Made by a program: the position numbers and the translations under genes. The notes beneath the pieces are model-generated. The model ran no database searches and was not told the DNA's origin. It saw nothing but the letters and a program-made list of their open reading frames with translations. A stretch of DNA of 21,201 nucleotides from Azolla caroliniana (taxonomy: Eukaryota > Plantae > Polypodiophyta), in the NCBI GenBank assembly GCA_043228905.1, contig JBHGNT010000541.1, positions 1-21,201 of the forward strand, written 5' to 3'. Of the stretch, positions 1 to 9,777 are shown piece after piece. Each line of letters begins with the position of its first letter. The first letter of the stretch is position 1.

Positions 1-533
1 ATGGGGGTAGGGAAGATGCGGTACCTGGTGCTTGCACGAGAGGACTTAACGAACCAAGTGGAAGGCCGCGCACTACAGAACATGACAATTGCGGCGGTGT
101 GCCGATTCTTAATCGAGGAGGTGGTGTGTCGGTACGGGTGCATAGGAAAGATCGTGGCAGATCGGGGAGAGCTTGATGCGCAAGAAGTCGAAGAGTTGTT
201 CGACCGGTTAGGGATCAAGCTCTCTCTCACTATGGCATACAATCTAGAGGCGAACGAAAAGGTAGAACATGGGCACGGGTCGGTTGTAAAGGCATTGGTG
301 CGCGCATGTGGAGACGAAGTGGGGAATTGGCCACGGCTCCTTCCTTACGCATTGTGGGCAAACCGGACTACGCACAATTCGGTAACAAGGTTCATGCCGG
401 CGGAACTGATGTATGTAAAAAGGCAGAAGCCAGTCATGCCGGTGGAGTGTACAATCTCGTCGTGGGCGGCGATAAATTGGAAAAACAAGATGAGCCGGGA
501 GGAGCTATTGGTGTCATGAACACATGACCATTA

Positions 534-605
534 TGGCGTCACCCGGACTTGAACCTCGAACCTTGTAGTTCATACTTGAAAACCTCAACCATTAAGATAG
601 CTTAT
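534..605 (-). other. Degenerate tRNA-like sequence (Pol III A/B boxes) inside the solo LTR
   Basis: Minus strand reads TATCTTAATGGTTGAG...AAGGTTCGAGGTTCAAGTCCGGGTGACGCCA: A-box-like motif, B box GGTTCAAGTCC, ends in CCA. Stems are degenerate. Confidence 0.65.
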
Positions 606-669
606 TGTTATATGAAACAATAAAAGCTACTTCTTGTATTACATTGATTATTGTAAAAACTCTAGATTA

Positions 670-733
670 TTCTAGAATGTTCTAGAATGTCCTAGAGAAT
701 TCTAGGTCTAGAACATTCTAGAACATTCTAGAA
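670..733. promoter_or_regulatory. Heat-shock element array / 27-bp inverted repeat in LTR U3
   Basis: TTCtaGAAtgTTCtaGAA (670-687) and GAAcaTTCtaGAAcaTTCtaGAA (711-733). Arms 670-696 and 707-733 are reverse complements with 1 mismatch. Lies 25 bp upstream of the TATA box. Confidence 0.75.
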
Positions 734-1405
734 ATCTCTAAGCTATTCTATAGGAACCTATAAATAAGCGCATACATGTATTCTCAAATCAATTCGAAAC
801 AACACCAGTCTTTAGCTCTCATTACATATCTTGTATCCATTCTCTTTCTTTCTCTATCTTATACATCCATTCTTCTCTATCCTTCTTCCATCACTCTATC
901 TTTTATCCTTGGTTCTGACAATTGGCGGCACGGATATGACAACTTGAGCAAAGGCCGGAGGACGTGGATCGGGCAACCAAGAAGCTACGTATGGCAAGGG
1001 AAAGGAACAAAGGCCAGTTCGACCGGATACACCGGTTGCGACCAAAGAAGATCGAGGAAGGTGACTGGGTGTTGGTGTACGATAGTAGCCTCGACAATCA
1101 GCACAAGGCGGTGTGCAAGTTTTTGAGGCGATGGTTCGGGCCCTACATGGTGATAAGCGCGAACGATAATGGCACGTATCATCTTGCGGAGCTTAACGGG
1201 ACACGGCTGGCGGTGCCGGCAGCCGGGAAGCGGGGTCAAGGCGTTCAAGAAGCGATACGAGGATGAGCCGGTTCTAGAAGACGTGGACTATGGTAACGAT
1301 CGGATTGGAGGGTGCGAGGATTCGGAGAGCGAGGCGTGAACAAGTGGTTTTCTCCGGTGGCTGTCCTGGCGTGTGCCGGTGGACGCACAGTTTGGCGGGG
1401 GTGGA

Positions 1406-2080
1406 TGTTGTGGAGAAAACCGGCCATAGAAGGAATCCAAGGGATATATGCGTGAATTGGGCCTTACACGTGTGCACATGATTTATTAACTTGTACATAT
1501 TTAGGATTTATTTGACTGATGTAAATATATACTAGGTTGTGCGCATTAATTACCTAGGAATTCATTGTGAATCTCTATAACGGTCTCTCCCTGGTTGCCT
1601 ATATAAGGGGAGGGGAGAAGACTAAAGGATTTCACGTTTTGGGGTGAGGACGAAGTGTTGTCGGTCCGGGAACTGAGCTCTCTCTCCTCCTTCTATCTTT
1701 AGTTGTCATCTGCAGATCTTTGTGGCAATCGCCTCTGTCGCGTGAAAGCCCGTGCGCTTTCGTTAGGGGCTCCACACTCATTCTCTATTTTCTGTTGGGT
1801 TAGATACCGGCTGCCGGTTGTATTCTTGCGATCTTTGTAATCTTCTTTATTCGTTAGAGTCATTTCTGTGTCTCTGCATCTCTACAATTTTCCCTTTCCG
1901 CAAGTGTCAACCTTGGTTGGTTGATGCATACGTCTAGGATTTGTCCCGCAGGTGGGTGCTTTGGCAACGAACAAGCCTAGTCGACGACATGTTCATATCT
2001 CTCTTCCTCGCCACAATCTTGCTCCTTGGTTTAGGGCCTCTGGGGTCTCACCTTGGTTCTCCCGTGTGAGTAGAACAACA
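1406..2080 (+). mobile_element. 3' LTR of Gypsy element A (675 bp)
   Basis: Preceded by PPT-like GGCGGGGGTGGA; termini TGTTGT...ACAACA; TATATAAG near 1600. A different integrase frame resumes directly at 2081. Confidence 0.85.
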
Positions 2081-2612
2081 TGACACCGTGCCGCTAGCAA
2101 ACAATATAAAGCTCACACTGACCAACATTGCTTAGTCGCACCGACCTTCACAGTTAGTGACATGGTTTGGTTGCTACGTCGGCACATTGCAACCACCCGT
2201 CCCTGCGCGAAGCTCGACTACAAAAAGCTAGGCCCCTTCCGTATCCTCGAGCACGTTAACCCAGTTGCCTTCCGGTTATCGCTTCCCCCCACATTTCAGC
2301 TTCACAATGTTTTCAACGTCTCTCTCCTCGAACTCTATCATCCTTCTCGCATTCCGGGACAACAACCTCCGCCGCCGCTGCCCGTGGAATTATCGACAGG
2401 TGAGGAATATGAGGTTGACGAGATCCTCGACTCTCGCTTGCATCGAGGGAGACTTCAATACTTGGTCTTATGGAAAGGTTACCCTCTTTCAGATGCCACA
2501 TGGGAACCAATTACACATTTACAAAATGCACCAGAGGCAATTCGCGCTTTTCATCAACGATACCCCATAAACCGGCTGCGAGTGTTAGGTGGCGGCCTTA
2601 GAGGGAGGATAA
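2081..2612 (+). pseudogene. Chromovirus (Gypsy) integrase C-terminus with chromodomain, element B
   Basis: KQYKAHTD...F.VSDMVWL...KLDYKKLGPF...HNVFNVSLL, then EEYEVDEILDSR...QYLVLWKGYPLSDATWEP (chromodomain ~2402-2566). PPT AGAGGGAGGATAA at 2600-2612. Confidence 0.93.
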
Positions 2613-3011
2613 TGTCATAGACATATGCCACGAAAGAAGGTAGGGATTGAACCCAAGACCTCATGGTCTCTATTGGGCAACCCTACCACTTGAGCTACAT
2701 ATACATCTTTATATTTAATTCAACTTCATATAGTGTAGATTGAACATTGGAAGTTCCTAGCTTGCATGTATTCTCATTTTCTAGCTTGCATGCATCATCA
2801 TGCTTTCTCTATTGCATGCATCCTCATGCATACACTATTTCTAGCTGGCTTACATAGCCCTACCTTCTTGTATAAATACTCATGTGCACCTTGATTCTAA
2901 TCAAGGTGAACAACACAAGTTACGGGTTCTATAAGTTGAGTTCTTGTTCTTTTACTCTCTCTTGTTCTCTAGTCTTATCTTTGTTCTACTCTATTATACT
3001 TGTCCGTGACA
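2613..3011 (+). mobile_element. 3' LTR of chromovirus element B (399 bp)
   Basis: Follows the PPT directly; termini TGTCA...TGACA; TATAAATA at 2871-2878; TGCATG(CA) repeats in U3; CT-rich 3' part. Confidence 0.9.
2641..2700 (-). other. tRNA-like sequence (Pol III A/B boxes) inside the chromovirus LTR
   Basis: Minus strand ATGTAGCTCAAGTGGTAGGGTT...GAGGTCTTGGGTTCAATCCCTA: A box TAGCTCAAGTGG with D-stem, AGGTC variable loop, T-arm with GGTTCAATCC. Confidence 0.8.
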
Positions 3012-3570
3012 CGATGCGTCCGAGTTGACAAACCATACATCTTCTAGTTTGGAGGTGTTGGTCAAGTTTGAGGTTGTCATCGAGTGCGCTCTGTGCCTCA
3101 TCACAAACATTCTACCACGATTATCGTAGTCGGAGTTGGAGGCGTAGTTTGTGAGTTGTCGGCTTGTGGAGGCCGACTCACTCTTCTTTTTTTGACACTT
3201 TGCCTCATAGAGGCCGAATTTACCACAATATCCTCATTGAGTGAGATTGTTTTGTCGGTTGGGTCCGGCCTGATTGTTCCCCCTTCTTCCGGATGCTTCG
3301 CCTCATGCGTTTGAGACGTCTTGTCGGTAATAGAAGTTGTGTTCTTGGGGTTGCTCTTGGCCAAATCGTCCTCTTCTCCCCCGACCTTGCCCTCTTCCTC
3401 CATCGAAGTTCGAATAGATCATTTGTCCTTCTTGTGCATTGCTTCTTGTTCAAACATGATTCTCCTCGACCAACAACATCGACAGGAGATCGAAGAAGGA
3501 GGGAGGATTCTCCCTCGTGAGGACTACCGACCGAATGCCCCCGAACCCAAGGTGTTAAGCCTTCGAGGCA
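3012..3570 (-). mobile_element. Probable 3' internal remnant of minus-strand Copia element C (low-complexity charged ORF remnants)
   Basis: Minus strand NTLG...SSRGR resembles a Copia pol terminus, followed by hydrophilic ORF pieces; same orientation as the PBS/LTR at 4420-4790. Boundaries are uncertain. Confidence 0.35.
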
Positions 3571-3589
3571 AATCTACACCATTTCATCG

Positions 3590-4285
3590 TCGTCAATGCT
3601 AACATTGATCGACCCGAGGGCATCGCACGGATGAAGAATTCAATTTCGGGTTGGCTGAAGAAGTCGAAGGCAGAAACAAGGGCAGCAACCCAAGGGAAGA
3701 GCCGGAGTCAGTCGAACAAGGGGGAGATGAAGCCAAGAAGAGTGAGAAGGCCAAGACCAAGACATGGTCTGATGTGGTTAAGGTCCTGAAGACAGAAGAC
3801 GAATTGGCGATAACCAATTCGGGCAAGAGCGGAAGTGAATCAGAGACAACCGATTCGGTTCGAATGTTTGATTCGGAGACGCCGATCAACTGAAGGCCAA
3901 GCAGAGGAAAGCGCCGCGGAAGAGGCGCCAACACCACGACAACAAGGGAGCTGAGAAAGGCCACACGAGTAGACAAGTCGACCGAAAGGGTCGAGGCGCG
4001 CGGAATCGAACGAGTCGAGGAGCGCGAGCAAGGTGTGAAGCCGGAGCGAAGATCCGGAAGAGCAAGCGGAACCTCAAGTTGAGCTTGAGGGGGAGTGTTG
4101 ATATACAAGCTCAACATTGGGTGTGTAAACCAGTGCGTAGACTGGGTGTGCAACGAGAGGCCGTAGTGGTGCGTAAACCAGGAGGCCATTGAATAGATAT
4201 TTCGCAAAGGAATATATTTTTGGGAGTTAGTGTAGGGGCTCATTGATGAGCATTGAAGTACGAGTCAGTACTTCTATGTGTGTTC
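3590..4285 (+). mobile_element. Copia 3' fragment (element E): charged ORF tail, PPT, truncated LTR
   Basis: SSSLRGSV-type end with PPT GAGGGGGAG (4087-4095) followed by TGTTG at 4096. Shares a ~60-bp block (4214-4274) with the LTR at 18494-18906. Confidence 0.7.
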
Positions 4286-4419
4286 ATGTTGAGCTTTGTC
4301 TTCTTCTTCTTGGTACGAATTGTGGAGATGGCTGCTATAGTGATCAGTTAGTTTATGTTGAATGCGGAGTCGGGCACATCATAGGTAGAGGCGATGGGCT
4401 TCGATCAAGCAACCACACA

Positions 4420-4477
4420 CTTTGATACCATGTAAAGAATCGGATGGATTCTGTGTAGCGGAAGAATTGTGTGTGTG

Positions 4478-4512
<35 letters not shown>

Positions 4513-4790
4513 CTCACGATTACAAAAATTAGAAAACTGTATAACAGGGAAGCAAGAATGACCAACAGTTACAAAGAGAGAGAGAATGTGCTTATGTAGT
4601 CACCTTCTCTCTAAGTTCTCTTATTAGTAATGCCTCTTGGGAAAGAGGTCTTAACTACTTAAAGAATATGTGTCATAGGACATTAGTTTCTATGACACAC
4701 TAGTTACTATACAAGGAGGTGGGGTGTTCACACACTTGAGTATCCTAGAGTGTGTTCCCACTCATGGGAAGTTGAGTTTGTTTCTCAATA
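4420..4790 (-). mobile_element. 5' LTR (4431-4790) and tRNA-iMet PBS (4420-4430) of minus-strand Copia element C
   Basis: Minus strand ...TTTACA TGGTATCAAAG. LTR start TATTGAGAAACAAACTCAAC matches TGTTGAGAAACAACCTCAAC at 12875 (18/20). An RT frame of another Copia begins at the boundary. Confidence 0.85.
4468..4512. repeat. Compound (GT)n(AG)n microsatellite within the LTR
   Basis: Direct reading. Confidence 0.95.
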
Positions 4791-5460
4791 GAAGATAAAG
4801 GCCGAGATGAGGGAAGTACCTTATGCCTCAGCCGTCGGTAGTTTAATGCATGTTATGGTTTGTACGAGGCCAGACATAACATTTGTTGTGGGAGAAATAA
4901 GCCAATACATGAGCAATTTAGGAAGAGATCATCGGTTGGCAATCAAGTGGATACTCAGGTACTTGAAAGGCACCTCGGGGGTGTGTCTCAGGTATGGTGT
5001 CGAAAAACCTATGCTCGAAGGGTTTACCCACTCAGACATGTCGGGGGATGTAGACTCCAGCCGATCCACATCACATTATGTGATGACCCATGCAAGGGCA
5101 GTCAAGACTGCATAAGTCTGCGGCCTTGTCGACCACAAGGGCAGAGTATATGGTCGCGGTAGAGGCCGGCAAGGAGCTGATATGGATGAGAAATTTTCTC
5201 AATGAGTTGGGAATGAAGCAAAGAGAATTATTACTTCATTGTGACAGTCAGAATGCCATACATCTAGCAAAGAACGGTGCTTATCACTCCTGGACCAAAC
5301 ACATATAGAGAAGGTATCGTTGGTTGTGAGAGAAAGTGGATGAAGGAGAGTTTACCGTCGTGAAGATCCATACTGGCGAAATGGATCCAACATGCTCACC
5401 AAGAACGTACCTATGGACAGACTCAGAGTTTGTCGACAAAAGACTTTACTAGTTGATTGC
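4791..5460 (+). pseudogene. Ty1/Copia RT C-terminus and RNase H (Tnt1/Tork-like), element D
   Basis: VPYASAVGSLM..MVCTRPDI...KWILRYLKGT...SDMSGDVDSSRST; ALSTTRAEY...CDSQNAIHLAKN..YHSWTKHI. Frameshift/deletion near 5095, plus stop codons. Confidence 0.93.
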
Positions 5461-5485
5461 CTCCCACAGGAGTGAAGGGGGAGTT

Positions 5486-5980
5486 TATTAGAAATATGTC
5501 CCTCCTATGGGAGGAGCCGACTAGTCGAGCTGAAGAAGAGCCGACAGTTGAAGACAAGAGAGAGTCGACGTTGAAAGTTGACAGTATTGGATAGATGATC
5601 CAAGTCAAAGGCAAGACCGACTAGTCGGATCGACTGAATGGTCGAAGACAAGGCCGACTAGTTGGGCTGACTGGATAGCCGACATGGGAGTCAGCTAGTT
5701 GGGCTGAGTGGAAAATCAACATAGGAGTCGATTAGTCGGATGATCAACTGAGATCAATAATGATAATAATAATAAAGAAAGCTATGTTTGTAAATAGCCC
5801 ATACATTGTATGAGTATAAATACACCTAGGGCAAACATAGTGATGTGTGGTGTTGTGCAGAACATAACAAAGTGCTTCTGTACAAAGAGTAATAGAGAGG
5901 AAGAGAGAGAAAGACGCAAGAGCGTGCGTGTGAGCTGTGGCACAGTTGGCACAGTTCAGTGGAACTTGCCTTAAACCATG
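5486..5980 (+). mobile_element. 3' LTR of Copia element D (right end uncertain)
   Basis: PPT GAAGGGGGAG (5474-5483), then TATTAG (TG mutated to TA); CCGACTAGT repeats; TATAAATA at 5815-5822. Confidence 0.6.
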
Positions 5981-6117
5981 TACATATGTAAGTTAGTTAT
6001 TGTATGGTATGCTCTATCTATGTATCTATCTATGGGGGTAAGTCTAGTTTACTCTGTCCTTTGTGTTTTATATGTATTCTGGTGGATAGATAGAGATAGA
6101 AGGAGGAAATCAAGATC

Positions 6118-6119
<2 letters not shown>

Positions 6120-6149
<30 letters not shown>

Positions 6150-6342
6150 CATAGCGCAGGTGTGTGGCCTCCCCTCCCCTTTGACTGTGATGGGCGCGAC
6201 GCCTCAGTCATAACATACAACTTCTCCTCTCTTCTGCTTTCATCGCCATCGCCATCGCCATCGCCATCATCATCATCAAAGAAAAAGAAGAAGAAAACAT
6301 CAGAGCTGTGGCCATACCCTCTCGCTCTTAGTCTCTTCAAAG
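6120..6342 (+). other. Putative non-coding first exon (5'UTR) of the WD40 gene
   Basis: (AC)n, CT-rich and (TCGCCA)n tracts typical of plant leaders; donor AAG|GTATGC at 6343; AT-rich sequence follows. The start coordinate is a guess. Confidence 0.55.
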
Positions 6343-8731
6343 GTATGCCTGTGCATCTGTCTTTTAATACAGACTGTAATTTTGTTATGTTTCGGCCTGT
6401 GTTTCAAATTCATAATAACTCTACCTTCCCTGTATCCTCGGAGAAAATGATAGCAATTTATTAGATTTCTGATTTTCTTCAATATTGGGTAAGAACTAGG
6501 CCTTAAATCATTTTTTCCATGATAAATTTTGTACATGTCTCCTGATCAGCATGGGTTGTGTCAACATTTACCTGTACACTTCTCGCAATTTTTTGTGGCT
6601 ACTCAAACCTGAATTGCATGAATTAATGAGTATTTTTTTGTTTAATTCAGATATGCTTTTGTAGAAAGAACATGCACCTGTACCTTGAGAATAAGACTCT
6701 GAACTTTTTAGAACTAAATAAACTTTCCACCCACTAGGTATGCTTAAAACGGGTTTTGTTCCCATCTTAATTTGATTCCAGGATTCCTATAATGTGACAG
6801 TAGTATTCTCAGCCAAGATACAAGCCTTAATGCTTCATCATTATTCCTTGATGGGGCACTATTTCTCAGTATATACTTGAGATATTGTGTCTGTGTTTGC
6901 ACTTATTTTCTTGGAAGTTATCATGTAAGGTTCATGTTAAGAGGATAATTCAAACATCATCTTATGAAGCAAGAATCCTGTGCAAAAGATGATGTCCATT
7001 GATACATGAGATCAAGTTATAGAGCTAGGGAACGAGTGTATGTTATAAATGCTCTTTTTCTTCTGTTTCATTATGGATGCGTTGGTTCATATTCTATTCT
7101 GGGTCTTCGGTGAAGAGGGAAGGCTCCGATTCCTATTTAGGAACTTGATGAAGAAGTTTCACATTGAGAGAGACCATACATAGGTCAATAAGATAGACCC
7201 CTTTTCCAACATGAATGTGGGGGTACAGTTTTACAATCCAAATGCCACTAATAAAAGTTCATACACCTATTTGAAATGATTTTTGCTGATTACAATTGTT
7301 TATAATGGAAGCAGCCTTCATATCGATCCAATGCCTCAAAGTATGCATATTGGCATAACTGGCTTACATAGTCTCATCTTTGATATTAAATAGCATAGAA
7401 GTAGAAAAATGGAAAGATTGGGCAGGTGGGTGAGAAAATCCTGAATCCCTTGTCATTTGAGCTTTTGTTGTTGCTCTTGATTTTAGGAAACTCTGAAAGC
7501 ATTTAAAATTTTGAAGCTCTTCAAACCTTTATGTTAAATCATTATCACATATGCTTGATTGAAAATTTATCTCCCATCTATTTGCATTTCTATAATGTAG
7601 TAAGGTCCTTTACTGTGTCTTCTTATGGGCATAAAATTTTATCTAGATATTAATATGTTTGTCATTAATGTTAATTTTCAGAGTCTCCTCAAATGTTACA
7701 TGGCTTTTTGTTTTATGTGCGGTAAAAACTTAGACAATTCCTGTCATTGTTTCAGCGTAATAATTTCGATTTTGAAACCTTGTCAAAATTAATCCCTTAT
7801 TCCATCAAAAGTTTTACTTTTGTAGTCTCCATACTTAATTAGATCTTAAATATTTATAGAGCAGGACAAAGTCTATTATATGTGAGGTTAATAATTGAAG
7901 AGAGAACAAATACAGTATAGTTTTGCAAGCCCCTCAAAATTCGATATTTATGTTTGAAAAGTAAAAAAAAGGCATGCATACTGGCATTTTGAGATCCTCT
8001 TTTCCTGAATAAATTTCTCTTGGAAAGACTAGTTTCTTTCATGTGCTATGTATTATTACTTGCTTACATTAGGTTCACAAGTGGTTCCTGGTGATAAGAC
8101 AAGATCCTGCAGGATCCTACAGTGTTGTGATTGAAAGTGATTTAGAAGGTAAAGGGGGGTTTCGCCTCTTAAGATTATTTTAGAAAGATGGACAATCTTT
8201 AATAATACACTCATATCCATTATGAAATGGAAGAAAGAACATAACATTTAAACTAGGAGCTTCAAGATTAATAAACCAGCCAAACTAGCCAGTATGGCCA
8301 TCACAATTTCTGAGGATATATTTCAAATCAACCTTAGAAAGAAAAATTATTAGTCAGGTAAATTGTACCCACTAATAGTGATTTTTGTATATCATAAGAT
8401 GTACAATAATTGGTGTCATGATATTATGATGCTGCTGCATTTCTCTGCTACTCAGGATTTGGAATTGATGCGAGTAATTGTATGCTATCATGAAAACCAT
8501 TTTATTTTGTAGTCCTAAAAAGTAAGAAAAGTTGAAAATAAACTCTATGTGAGTTTTTTCTGAAGCATTTTATATGTACCAATACATGTAACTTTATTTA
8601 GCTTAAGTTGATTGATCTTGGTGGTGTATAATATTTGATCATATATTTATGTTGATTGTTTTGGGGGCAGTCTCAACTTATCATTATTTATTGCACTGCT
8701 TACTTCCCTTCAATTCATGTTTGTGACACAG
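6343..8731 (+). other. Putative 5'UTR intron (~2.39 kb)
   Basis: GTATGC donor; AT-rich with no credible ORF; acceptor ACACAG at 8731, 20 nt before the ATG. Extra internal exons cannot be excluded. Confidence 0.5.
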
Positions 8732-8751
8732 TTTCATTGGGATCATCTCAA

Positions 8752-9777
8752 ATGGCCAATGACCAGGATGCATATTCCCAAGAATCACAGAAGAGGTCTG
8801 AAATCTATACATATGAAGCATCCTGGCAGATATATGGAATGAATTGGAGTGTCAGGAAAGACAAAAGGTTCCGGTTGGCAATAGGAAGCTTTGTTGAGGA
8901 ACCGAAAAATAAAGTCGAGATCGTCCAGCTTGATGAGAAGACGGGGGATTTCAAATCTGATCCTAAGTTGTCATTTGAACATCCTTATCCTCCAACAAAG
9001 ATAATGTTTGTTCCTGATAAGGAGTGCCAGAAGCCAGACTTATTGGCAACAACTGGAGACTTCCTTCGTATTTGGCAAGTAAATGATGACAAGGTCCAAC
9101 TGAAGAGTATAATGAACAACAATAGGAACAATGAATATTGTGCCCCTCTGACCTCGTTCGATTGGAATGAGGCTGAACCTAAGAGAATTGGAACATCTAG
9201 CATTGACACAACATGTACGATTTGGGACATCGAAAAGGAAGCTGTCGACACCCAGTTAATTGCACATGATAAGGAAGTTTACGACATTGCGTGGGGTGGA
9301 GTTGGAGTCTTTGCATCAGTATCTGCTGATGGGTCTGTAAGAGTGTTTGACCTCCGGGACAAGGAGCACTCAACTATTATCTATGAAAGTCCTCAACCTG
9401 ATACACCACTCCTAAGATTGGGGTGGAATAAGCAAGATCCGCGATATATGGCCACTATTCTCATGGACAGCTCCAAGATAGTAGTGCTGGATATTAGATA
9501 TCCTACAATTCCAGTAGCTGAGCTCCAACGGCATCAAGCAAGTGTAAATGCAATTGCATGGGCACCTCATAGTTCTTGCCATATCTGCACCGCTGGTGAT
9601 GATTCACAGGCATTAATTTGGGACCTGTCATCTATAAGTCAGCCTGTTGATGGTGGTCTTGATCCCATTCTTGCATACACGGCAGGAGCTGAGATTAACC
9701 AGCTCCAGTGGTCATCTACGCAGACCGATTGGGTGGCTATTGCTTTCTCTTCCAAGTTGCAAATCCTTAGGGTTTGA
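8752..9777 (+). CDS. LWD1: WD40 repeat protein, LWD1/LWD2-like (AN11/TTG1/DCAF7 family), 341 aa, intronless CDS
   Basis: [83 protein letters not shown]-terminal KLQILRV. The true start is MANDQD at 8752. Motifs fit the LWD clade better than TTG1. Confidence 0.96.
   Translation: MANDQDAYSQESQKRSEIYTYEASWQIYGMNWSVRKDKRFRLAIGSFVEEPKNKVEIVQLDEKTGDFKSDPKLSFEHPYPPTKIMFVPDKECQKPDLLATTGDFLRIWQVNDDKVQLKSIMNNNRNNEYCAPLTSFDWNEAEPKRIGTSSIDTTCTIWDIEKEAVDTQLIAHDKEVYDIAWGGVGVFASVSADGSVRVFDLRDKEHSTIIYESPQPDTPLLRLGWNKQDPRYMATILMDSSKIVVLDIRYPTIPVAELQRHQASVNAIAWAPHSSCHICTAGDDSQALIWDLSSISQPVDGGLDPILAYTAGAEINQLQWSSTQTDWVAIAFSSKLQILRV

Larger units (their letters stand above)
512..920 (+). mobile_element. Solo LTR (409 bp), probably chromovirus-related
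   Basis: Termini TGTCA...TGACA, perfect 5-bp TSD ATTGG (507-511 and 921-925), TATAAATA at 759-766, CT-rich 3' part. Confidence 0.93.
1..1340 (+). pseudogene. Ty3/Gypsy integrase (rve core + GPY/F C-terminus), element A, split by a solo LTR
   Basis: AREDLTNQVEGRAL...CRYG...VADRGE...ANEKVEHGH...WANRTT. Removing 512-925 restores the frame: ELL-AARI*QLEQRPEDVDRATKKLR...GDWVLVY...WFGPY. In-frame TGA near 935; frameshift near 1233. The end coordinate is approximate. Confidence 0.9.

Noticed and set aside
2641-2700. Functional tRNA gene (also 534-605)
   Set aside because: No convincing acceptor or anticodon stem; embedded in LTRs, so reported as tRNA-derived only
3599-4243. 214-aa minus-strand ORF
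   Set aside because: Antisense shadow of a purine-rich Copia 3' region that crosses the PPT/LTR boundary; no recognisable domain
6110-6464. ORFs with poly-S/K/D/F runs
   Set aside because: Translations of leader microsatellites that run across a splice donor
8656-8751. 32-aa N-terminal extension of the WD40 ORF in the ORF track
   Set aside because: It starts at TTG in intron-like sequence upstream of a likely acceptor; family similarity begins after the ATG at 8752
8752-9777. Calling the gene TTG1
   Set aside because: [29 protein letters not shown] and KLQILRV match the LWD clade rather than TTG1 (WGEARVF, KMQLLKV-like)
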